Part shown: in pieces, positions 7,301 through 13,933 of the stretch
Layout of the letters: every line of letters begins with the position of its first letter
How positions within the stretch are numbered: position 1 is the stretch's first letter
Source: an uncultured Myxococcales bacterium
Lineage (GTDB): Bacteria > Myxococcota > UBA4151
Assembly (NCBI GenBank): GCA_964013405.1
Contig: CAXGWI010000096.1
Location: 1-13,933 of the forward strand
DNA: 13,933 nt
Direction: 5' to 3'
Notes under the pieces: generated by a model
Databases searched by the model: none
What the model saw: the letters and a program-made list of their open reading frames with translations, nothing else
What the model was told of the DNA's origin: nothing
Program-made: the position numbers and the translations under genes

Positions 7301-8452
7301 TTATCGGATGCGACCCATCAACTCCCGGGGGTCGGTGATGCTCCCCAGCCACGGGGCCGCCTCTGCCGGCATCAAGAGATCCTTGAGGGCGAACTCAACG
7401 GAGACCACCTGACGAGAGCCCGGCTCCAACAAGGCCCCCTGACTCCCCTTCTGAGCTTGATCCCAAAGCCCTTGGGCGTAGGGCCTCATGCGCAGCCCCG
7501 CCCCCATCACTTCCAAGTTCGGTCCCATGGCGGCCAACACGACGCTGTCCACCTCGGCGGGCCCGTCTCTGAAGCTGCGTATCGCCATCAAGATATCCAA
7601 CGAATTGCCGATGAACTCCCCCCGGACATCCGCGGGCACTCGGGCTAGAGCTGCCAGGGTGTTCTTCACCCCCATCAACTCCCCGTAGCGATTGAGGGAC
7701 GGCATGTGCAGGGACAGCCCAAAGCCCACCTGGGGATCACGCAACGCGGTGTAACGGGTTTGATCGACCTGCTTGGGCCCAGCGATCCATGCGGCCGTAC
7801 CAACCGGGGCTTGCTGGGCTTCCTCATCGGCCCCCAAGGTTTGATAGAAGGACATCACCACGTGACCTTCCTTCGCCACCATCCCAAACCACCAGGTTCC
7901 GAACTCCCGGTGCTTGATGACTTCACCCCCCGCCCGAGTCTCGAGGAAGGGCCCCAGAAGACCTCGGAGCTCCCCCATCAGCGCCTCTGGGTTGCCGCTG
8001 GGGAGCACCGCCCGGTGCCCTATGCCTTCGCCGGCTAAATCGTCACCACTGCGCAAGGCCGCCAGCACTTCTAAATCCTGGGCCCGGCTTTGGAAAAAGG
8101 CGAAGGCGGTGGGATGATTGGGGTCCCACCACGACAGAAAGTGGCCGGTATACACATACAGCATGCCCGCCAATGATTCGGCTTTTTTCAGGGGCTCAAC
8201 GGACCCAGCCTCCAACATCCGGCGGAGGGCCCGGGGGGCTTGCTGCTTGGGTAATTCTTTGCGGAGGTGCTCAAGGCGGTCGAGGGCCGCAAAATAACGC
8301 TCCGGGCGAAGTTGAACCACCAGCGCGGCGTCACCCCCCAGAAGATCGAGGGCTGTGACCGGCTTGGCCGGCTCCAGCGCAACACCAGAGGTCGTGGCAC
8401 AGGCCATCCCGAAGAGGCCAAAACAGAGTGTCGCTATCCATCTACTCTTCAC
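7301..8452 (-). CDS. Putative lipoprotein of unknown function (N-terminal part of a possibly split ~648-codon gene)
   Basis: GTG start overlaps the stop of the upstream gene by 11 bp (8442-8452). MKSRWIATLCFGLFGMAC|ATT has a basic n-region, a hydrophobic h-region and Cys18, though the lipobox is slightly non-canonical. Confidence 0.7.
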   Translation of the reverse strand: MKSRWIATLCFGLFGMACATTSGVALEPAKPVTALDLLGGDAALVVQLRPERYFAALDRLEHLRKELPKQQAPRALRRMLEAGSVEPLKKAESLAGMLYVYTGHFLSWWDPNHPTAFAFFQSRAQDLEVLAALRSGDDLAGEGIGHRAVLPSGNPEALMGELRGLLGPFLETRAGGEVIKHREFGTWWFGMVAKEGHVVMSFYQTLGADEEAQQAPVGTAAWIAGPKQVDQTRYTALRDPQVGFGLSLHMPSLNRYGELMGVKNTLAALARVPADVRGEFIGNSLDILMAIRSFRDGPAEVDSVVLAAMGPNLEVMGAGLRMRPYAQGLWDQAQKGSQGALLEPGSRQVVSVEFALKDLLMPAEAAPWLGSITDPRELMGRIR

Positions 8453-8966
8453 AGTCGTTCACCTCGTTCACCATGTTATTGGCATCGTCGATGGACCACA
8501 CGTCGAGGGTGTCATCGTCGTCCAGATTGCCGGTGCCGCAGATGCGGAAGAAAGGACGCCCATCCTCCCCTTCGCCGTAGCCAATCGGCTGTTTGCAGGC
8601 GATCAGCTTGGGCCCTACAGGACCACAGGCGCTGGTCTCGCCGTTCAAGCCTTTCGCCGTGCACGGCCGACAATCCACGGCGTTGTTGCAGATCGTGTAG
8701 CGCCCGCCCGGTTCCGGCGCGTAGCCGACATGGTCGAAGCCCGTGTAGAGGTCGTATTCGGACATGTAACTCTTTTGTGCCTGAAAGGCCCTCTTGAGTT
8801 CCCGCTGGATCCACTCTTGAGACTGGGTGCAGGCCATCTCCTTGCGCCACTTCACAGCCGCCTCGGGCAGCTTCATCTGTGGGCTTCGCTCGGGCGGAGG
8901 CGGTGGTGCGGCTTGCGGGGTCGCACAGGCGGCGAGGCCCCCTAAGATCATCGCTCGAATCAACAT
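8442..8966 (-). CDS. Cys-rich lipoprotein with a type IVa pilin-like globular head domain
   Basis: Start moved from 9005 to ATG 8966 (perfect AAGGAGG at 8979-8973, 6-nt spacing); 174 aa. Canonical lipobox LAAC (Cys14) and a Pro-rich linker. Then ELKRAFQAQKSYMSEYDLY...VGYAPEPGGRY...GNLDDDDTLDVWSID...NDC, which matches myxobacterial PilA head motifs as I recall them. Confidence 0.8.
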   Translation of the reverse strand: MLIRAMILGGLAACATPQAAPPPPPERSPQMKLPEAAVKWRKEMACTQSQEWIQRELKRAFQAQKSYMSEYDLYTGFDHVGYAPEPGGRYTICNNAVDCRPCTAKGLNGETSACGPVGPKLIACKQPIGYGEGEDGRPFFRICGTGNLDDDDTLDVWSIDDANNMVNEVNDCEE

Positions 8967-9103
8967 CAAGCCCCTCCTTGGTTGCGGGGCTGCGACCATG
9001 CACACAATAGCTCAGGGAAGAAAGCCCCCTTGCCAGCGTCGCCCCAAAGGCTGCACATCCATGTCCTGGAGGGTTTCTTCCGCCAAGAGAGGGATACAGC
9101 CCC

Positions 9104-10678
9104 ATGACAAGGTGCCGAACACGCCGCGGCCTCGGGTCCATCTGCTTCGTGCTTGCGACAGTCGGCTATGCCCCACCCGCTGCGGCCGAAGACCTGCCCG
9201 CCTTGCTGCTGCTCACCATCGAGGAGATCGGCAAGCGGGTCGACGATGCCAGCTATTATGTACGCATCATGAAGCAGGAGGCACCGCCCCCTGCGGACGG
9301 GGGTCCAGTCGGTTCGACGGCCCCCAAAACCAGCGCTGGCCAAGGTCGCCCCGCCGCCAACAGCCGCAGCTTCCTGAAAGACTTCCAAGCCATGCGCCGC
9401 CGCTTTGACCGGGACGGGCAAAAGATGCGGCGGCGCTTCGAAGCGGATCAACGCCAAATGGCCCAAGCCTTCAAGGAGCGCCTACGGGAGCAGCGGCGCG
9501 CCTTCCGCAGCACCTATGCCCGTTGGCGGTCCCATCGACCCCGCTACCGCAAAGAGATCGATACCTTTAAGCGCAACACCATCGACCTCGACCGCTTCAA
9601 GAGACAGGACCGAGCCGAACAGAACGCTCGCCGAAAGGCCCAAGAAGCTGAAGATGCCGAGGTCAAAAAGCGCAGCGAAGAGGTCCTTGAGCGCCGCCGA
9701 AAGGCGCGAGAAGCCGAGCGAAAAGCAGCGGAGGCGAAAGCCCGGAGGGAGGAAGCACGACTCCGACGGGAGCTGGCGAAGAAGCGAGACCAAGAAGCCC
9801 GGGCCCGACTGGAAGCCCACCGCCGCAAACAAGAAGAAGCTCGCCGCCAGAAGGAACGGGAAGAAGCCAAGCTTCGGGCCGAAGAGGAGCGACGCCTTAA
9901 AGAGTCCCTCAAGAAGTACGAAGAGGAAAAGCGCCGTAAGGCCCAGCCCAAAGCCCCCAAGTGGACCTGGAAAGTGGTCAAGGGGAGCCTGGAGCAACCG
10001 GTTCGACATCAAGCCGCTCGACCGACCTGCGCCGCCTTTGCCGGCATTCGGGCCATCGAGATCAAACGGGCGCAAAATGCGAGCCCTGTGGATCTCTCCG
10101 AGCAGTACTTTTATTGGTCCAGCAAGCCGGACTGTCAGCGCAAACGCTGTCGAAGCTGGGGCTCCTGGAGCCTCTTTGGGCTGCGTAATTCGAAGGCATC
10201 AGCCCGCCCGGACATCCCCCTCGAAAGCGACTGTCCTTACAACCCTCGAAGCCGACGAAACAACCAGACCCAAATCCCCCTTCGGGCCACCTGTCACCGC
10301 AAGGGCAAAGCCAAGGTCGTGGACTACAAAGTGGTCCGCAGCGTCGATGAGCTCCCGGCCCTGCTCGATCAAGACCACCCCATCATCGGTGGCTTCACCC
10401 TCAGTCCCGCCTTCTACAAAACCAAGGCGCTGCTCACCGTCGCTGATGACGCCCGGGTGGGTCGCACCGACCGGCATGCCGGCGGACACGGTTTCAACCT
10501 GATCGGCTATTTGGAATTGCCCGAGAAGATGCACGCGACGGAAGGGAAACGCTGCTTCATCGCCGCCAACAGTTGGGGACTGGGTTGGGGCGCTGGGGGC
10601 CACAGTTGCATCAGCGAAGCCTGGCTCAAAAAGCACAAGGGCGGCAACGGGTTCATCGCCGTCACTGGGGTTCGCTAA
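9104..10678 (+). CDS. Secreted papain-like cysteine peptidase (family C1) with a long charged helical N-terminal region
   Basis: Signal peptide ending AAA|E. Oxyanion Gln303 and catalytic Cys309 (VRHQAARPTCAAFA), DLSEQYFY, His462 (GGHGFNLIGY) and Asn489 (FIAANSWGLGWG). E/R/K-rich stretch at about aa 165-280. Confidence 0.88.
   Translation: MTRCRTRRGLGSICFVLATVGYAPPAAAEDLPALLLLTIEEIGKRVDDASYYVRIMKQEAPPPADGGPVGSTAPKTSAGQGRPAANSRSFLKDFQAMRRRFDRDGQKMRRRFEADQRQMAQAFKERLREQRRAFRSTYARWRSHRPRYRKEIDTFKRNTIDLDRFKRQDRAEQNARRKAQEAEDAEVKKRSEEVLERRRKAREAERKAAEAKARREEARLRRELAKKRDQEARARLEAHRRKQEEARRQKEREEAKLRAEEERRLKESLKKYEEEKRRKAQPKAPKWTWKVVKGSLEQPVRHQAARPTCAAFAGIRAIEIKRAQNASPVDLSEQYFYWSSKPDCQRKRCRSWGSWSLFGLRNSKASARPDIPLESDCPYNPRSRRNNQTQIPLRATCHRKGKAKVVDYKVVRSVDELPALLDQDHPIIGGFTLSPAFYKTKALLTVADDARVGRTDRHAGGHGFNLIGYLELPEKMHATEGKRCFIAANSWGLGWGAGGHSCISEAWLKKHKGGNGFIAVTGVR
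9392..9460 (+). repeat. Imperfect 33-bp (11-aa) tandem repeat in the protease N-terminal region
   Basis: ATG at 9392, 9425 and 9458: MRRRFDRDGQK / MRRRFEADQRQ / M. Confidence 0.6.
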
Positions 10679-11507
10679 GGGCCACCCGAGCACGCCAAGC
10701 GAGCCACGCTGCTGCCGGAACGCTGGCAAAGACAACGGCAAAAACCCAAGCTACGACACTGCCCCAGGCCGGTCCATACAAGGGAATCGTATGCTTCGCG
10801 ACCAGGGCAAAAAAGGCCACCGCTGAAGAGCCCAGCATCATGGGCCCTGCCGCTCCGGCAGGAACCGCCTGACCCTGGGAGATCCAGAGACCCGCCATGG
10901 CGGTCAAAAAGATCGCCGGAAAGACCGCGGCGAGCCCTGCGATAAAGCCACCGAGCACCGCCGCAGCGCCGATGGCGCTAAAGATGGCAAGTCCGGCGCA
11001 GAAGCCACGGGCCACCAACATGCCCGCCGACACCGAACGCTGCCCCTTCGGTGCTGGGTAATAACGCCACGAGGCCCCCAACCCCACCGCCACCAAAATG
11101 AACGTCGCTCCCCAACCAAACCATTGGGTTGCTCCCGGCTCAAAGAAAGCCTGGCGCAGTGCCACGGCACCGCTGGCAAGCAAGACCCAGCCGGACAAAG
11201 ACAAGACCACCATGACCACCAACTGGCGCCGCAAAGGCCAAGACGGCAGTCGTGGAGGCAAGGTCCGCCAGGTCCACAAAAATCCAGCGGAGACCAGCAT
11301 TCCAGCACAGGACGAGTCCATGGCTTCAGCGAAGGCGATGGGATCGCCGCCCACATAGACGCCGATGGATGCAGGGATAATCGTGCTGGGAATCGTGCCC
11401 AAAACCCCGCCGACCCGCCCGCCCCAGCGCTCGATCATCACCGTGATCGCCACGGCCAAGCCGCCGGCAAAGAGGCCCGCGATCAATGCTCTAGGTAGCC
11501 ACTCCAT
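10662..11507 (-). CDS. Polytopic membrane protein with an internal duplication (DUF3147-like)
   Basis: Start moved from 11642 to ATG 11507 (AGGGAG at 11520-11515); 281 aa, about 8-9 TM segments. Two similar halves: RALIAG..IERWGGRVGGVLGTIP and ARGFCAG..AVLGGFIAGLAAVFP. Confidence 0.75.
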   Translation of the reverse strand: MEWLPRALIAGLFAGGLAVAITVMIERWGGRVGGVLGTIPSTIIPASIGVYVGGDPIAFAEAMDSSCAGMLVSAGFLWTWRTLPPRLPSWPLRRQLVVMVVLSLSGWVLLASGAVALRQAFFEPGATQWFGWGATFILVAVGLGASWRYYPAPKGQRSVSAGMLVARGFCAGLAIFSAIGAAAVLGGFIAGLAAVFPAIFLTAMAGLWISQGQAVPAGAAGPMMLGSSAVAFFALVAKHTIPLYGPAWGSVVAWVFAVVFASVPAAAWLAWRARVALSEPQ

Positions 11508-11518
11508 GGTGCCGCTCC

Positions 11519-12727
11519 CTAGTGCCAGAGGCCCAGACCGACGCCCACATTTCGGTAGGCCGAGGCCACATCGGCATGGGCACTGAGCTTCCAATCCCAC
11601 AGCAGATGGACCCGTAGATCCGCGCCCGCGGTTCCATGCCAACGCCCGGCACCATGGCGCGAGTCCCGAAAGCGACTGGGCTCGAAATAGCTGCCCGCCC
11701 GCAAGACCAAGCGATTGTTAAGAACCTCAGCCTCGAGACCCAGCCGGGGACTCAGCACCGGTCGCTCCCCCGCCCGCTGGGCCTCCCCTTCAAGAAAAGC
11801 CAGCGTACCAAAACCATCGGGAGTGCCCTGGGTGATCAAAAACTCCACACTGATCAGCCCATAACGGCGATCGACCGAACCATCCTTGGCCCCGGAAAAA
11901 CGCTCTGCCCCCGAGGCAAGATTGAAGCTCCGTTGGCCCCAAAACCACGTCCCGCCCACACTCAACTGTCCAGGAATCATCAGCGCATCGGGCAATTCAT
12001 CCTGAAGAAACCGGGCCCGTTCGCCCCCCAACTGAAAGGCCAAAATCCGACTGCGGTAACTCAGTCCCACGCGGTAGTTGGACCCCACCGGGCTCAACAA
12101 CAGGCCCATCTGCCCGCCGGCACCGCGGATCGTGACCATATCCACCTCTTCATGCCAGGCACAGGAACTCACGCCGAGGTCGCAATCATAAATACCGGCC
12201 CGGGCGAGGTTCAGGTTCATGCCCACATGCAAGCCACCCCGAAACAGTTGCCGTGCCAGGCCCAGGCCAAAGACCTGCTGCCGAAACCGAACCGGTTCCA
12301 GGCCTCCGTTTCTCGCCCGTGTCAGAGCATAGCGATACATTTGGGACTCCACTCGAAGCCCCAGGCCCCAGGGTCCCCACTTCAACTGATAGGCGCCATC
12401 GTGGAGTTCAAACCCACGGGTGCTGCGACCGGATAAATCCAGTTCGAGACCATCTCGCCGAAAATCCTGCATGGTCGTCAGCGCCCAGTCGTAATCGAAG
12501 ACCAGTTCATTGGCCCAGGCATAACGGGTGCTGATCGCCGCCGGATTGCCCGCCTGCCCCTCGGCGCCCTCTGCCAAGCCCACCGAGGCACCGCCCATGC
12601 CCACCACACGACTTGAACCCAGAACAGGTCCCACATAAAAATCCAAGTTCGTGGGCGATTCAGGACGACCGCCGCTGGCAAAGACCAGCGCGCCGGCAAA
12701 CCAAAGCCCCGACAGGCTGGTCAACAT
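11519..12727 (-). CDS. Outer-membrane beta-barrel protein, FadL/OmpP1/PorV-like
   Basis: N-terminal signal peptide. SSRVVGMGGASVGLAEGAEGQAGNPAAI matches the R..GMGGA......D.....NPA hatch motif. Alternating amphipathic beta-strands (e.g. RLVLRAGSYFEP) and an aromatic C-terminus (GVGLGLWH). The start overlaps the upstream stop (ATGTTGA). Confidence 0.72.
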   Translation of the reverse strand: MLTSLSGLWFAGALVFASGGRPESPTNLDFYVGPVLGSSRVVGMGGASVGLAEGAEGQAGNPAAISTRYAWANELVFDYDWALTTMQDFRRDGLELDLSGRSTRGFELHDGAYQLKWGPWGLGLRVESQMYRYALTRARNGGLEPVRFRQQVFGLGLARQLFRGGLHVGMNLNLARAGIYDCDLGVSSCAWHEEVDMVTIRGAGGQMGLLLSPVGSNYRVGLSYRSRILAFQLGGERARFLQDELPDALMIPGQLSVGGTWFWGQRSFNLASGAERFSGAKDGSVDRRYGLISVEFLITQGTPDGFGTLAFLEGEAQRAGERPVLSPRLGLEAEVLNNRLVLRAGSYFEPSRFRDSRHGAGRWHGTAGADLRVHLLWDWKLSAHADVASAYRNVGVGLGLWH

Positions 12728-13933
12728 CGCAAGCGCAATCCCTTGGGATCATAGAGGGGCGCCAAATGCAGCGTGGCTGGAACCCGCCGTGTGGCCACTT
12801 CGAGTTCGTAATCCCCGTCCAAAAGGAAGGCTCGATCAAGGCCCTCTGCCCAGCGAACGTAACCGTAGCCAATGGATTTCCCGACGGTGTAGCCCCAGCC
12901 ACCACTGTTGAGCCAACCCACCAACTCGCCATTACGAAAGATGGACTCCCGACCCCAGAGCACCGTCTCAGGATCATCCACAGTGAAGCAGGCGAGGCGC
13001 TTTTTGAGCCCCTCCGCCTTCTGTTTCAACAAGGCTTCGCGACCCAAAAAGGGAATCTCAGTTTTCAGCTTCGCTGCCCACGCAAGCCCCGCCTCCAAGG
13101 GGGTATGGTCCGGGCCCACTTCACCCGGCCAAGCCCGATAGCCTTTTTCAAGACGCAGGCTTTCGATGGCTCGGTAGCCCCCATCCGCGATGCCCATCGG
13201 CGCGCCCGCCTCCATGATCAGGTCGTAAAGTTCACCGGCCTGCTCCTGGCGCACATGCAACTCCCAACCCAACTCCCCTACATAGGTGACCCGCAAGGCC
13301 CGCACCGGAATCCCAGACACCGTGATGTCCTTGCAGTGAGCAAAAGGCAGGCCCTCATTGCTGATGTCCTCGGGACACAAAGGCGCCAGAACCTCACGGG
13401 CCTTCGGACCCATCAACGACAGGACACTGTAATCCTCCGTGACATCCTCAAGACGAACATCCATCTGCGCCGGTAGGTTCGACGCAATCCAATGGAAATC
13501 GTGGGTCGCAAAGCCCGTTCCCGTGACGATGTAGAAGCGGTCCTCCGCCAGACGTGCCACGGTGAGATCACACTCGATGCCCCCCCGGGCGTTGAGCAAC
13601 TGGGTGTAGGTCAACTTACCCGGCGGCTTGCTGATGTCGTTGGCACAGATCCACGAAAGGGCGGCTTCCGCATCGGCTCCACGCACCACAAACTTCGCAA
13701 AGCTTGTCTGGTCGAAGAGTGTGACTCGCTCCCGGGTGTTTTGGTGCTCTCTGCCCACGGCTTCAAACCAGTTGGGGCGTTCAAAAGAATAACGGTCTCG
13801 GCGATCCTCGCCAGGGCTAGCGAACCAGTTGGGACGCTCCCAGCCCATCTTCTCGCCGAACACCGCACCCTTGGACTCGAGTCGTGCGTAGAGCGGCGAC
13901 ATGCGACGAGGCCTGGCGCTGTCATCCTCTTCT
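12721..13933 (-). CDS. GcvT-family FAD-dependent oxidoreductase (sarcosine/dimethylglycine dehydrogenase-like), C-terminal folate-binding part; 5' end beyond the window
   Basis: The frame stays open upstream of 13902 to the window edge (EEDDSARPRRMSPLY...). GAVFGEKMGWERPNWF is characteristic of DMGDH/SARDH-like proteins. GCV_T motifs: LFDQTSFAKF, YTQLLNARGGIECDLTV, RVTYVGELGWELH, SLRLEKGY. Confidence 0.92.
   Translation of the reverse strand, partial: EEDDSARPRRMSPLYARLESKGAVFGEKMGWERPNWFASPGEDRRDRYSFERPNWFEAVGREHQNTRERVTLFDQTSFAKFVVRGADAEAALSWICANDISKPPGKLTYTQLLNARGGIECDLTVARLAEDRFYIVTGTGFATHDFHWIASNLPAQMDVRLEDVTEDYSVLSLMGPKAREVLAPLCPEDISNEGLPFAHCKDITVSGIPVRALRVTYVGELGWELHVRQEQAGELYDLIMEAGAPMGIADGGYRAIESLRLEKGYRAWPGEVGPDHTPLEAGLAWAAKLKTEIPFLGREALLKQKAEGLKKRLACFTVDDPETVLWGRESIFRNGELVGWLNSGGWGYTVGKSIGYGYVRWAEGLDRAFLLDGDYELEVATRRVPATLHLAPLYDPKGLRLRC

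Larger units (their letters stand above)
6506..8452 (-). pseudogene. Alternative model: a single large lipoprotein gene interrupted by one nonsense codon
   Basis: 1947 nt = 649 codons in one frame, with a single internal TAA: ...PRELMGRIR*AGPWLMPALLRAP... Confidence 0.55.

Noticed and set aside
7301..7303. Programmed recoding (Sec/Pyl) or an alternative genetic code at the internal stop
   Set aside because: The codon is TAA, not TGA or TAG, and TAA terminates other genes here (2551, 10678).
8442..8966. Calling this gene pilA or a type V pilin
   Set aside because: It has no class III signal (G|FxxxE) even in the upstream in-frame extension to 9005, so it is not a canonical PilA. Type V pilins are larger all-beta proteins, unlike this helix-first domain.
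9015..9040. Sigma54 promoter (TGGCA) upstream of the pilin-like gene; similar TGGCA at about 2763 and 6207
   Set aside because: None has the -12 TTGC/GC element at the required GG-N10-GC spacing.
9104..9140. Tat signal in the protease (TRRGLG)
   Set aside because: It only partly matches S/T-R-R-x-F-L-K and cannot be distinguished from a Sec signal by eye.
12721..13933. Assigning the symbol gcvT with a start at 13902
   Set aside because: The frame is open past the window edge, and the GWERPNWF motif indicates the larger FAD-dependent DMGDH/SARDH-like fusion, not the stand-alone T-protein.

Overview
GC-rich bacterial chromosomal segment. Its gene content (PilA-like motifs, Cys-rich lipoproteins, FadL-like barrel) suggests Myxococcota/deltaproteobacteria, but that is inference. 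I saw no RNA genes, mobile elements or CRISPR arrays. Left to right: (1) a minus-strand lipoprotein gene missing from the ORF track that runs off the left edge (<1..425); (2) a divergent plus-strand operon encoding a membrane protein, a degenerate DUF4336-like protein and a C-factor/CsgA-like SDR, preceded by a 9-bp-periodic TCGA array; (3) a secreted TolB/PD40 beta-propeller + amidohydrolase; (4) a small membrane protein; (5) a minus-strand operon of a small Cys-rich lipoprotein and a large lipoprotein that appears split by one in-frame TAA; (6) a divergent secreted papain-like (C1) cysteine protease with a long E/R/K helical stalk; (7) a minus-strand operon of a GcvT-family (sarcosine/dimethylglycine dehydrogenase-like) enzyme (partial), a FadL/PorV-like outer-membrane barrel and a DUF3147-like membrane protein. 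The main observation is that two paralogous lipoproteins (<1..425 and 8442..8966; 26/57 identical in an ungapped core) resemble the globular head of a myxobacterial type IVa major pilin, but carry a lipoprotein signal peptide where the prepilin hydrophobic helix should be. They are candidate lipid-anchored, non-polymerising 'pilin heads'.
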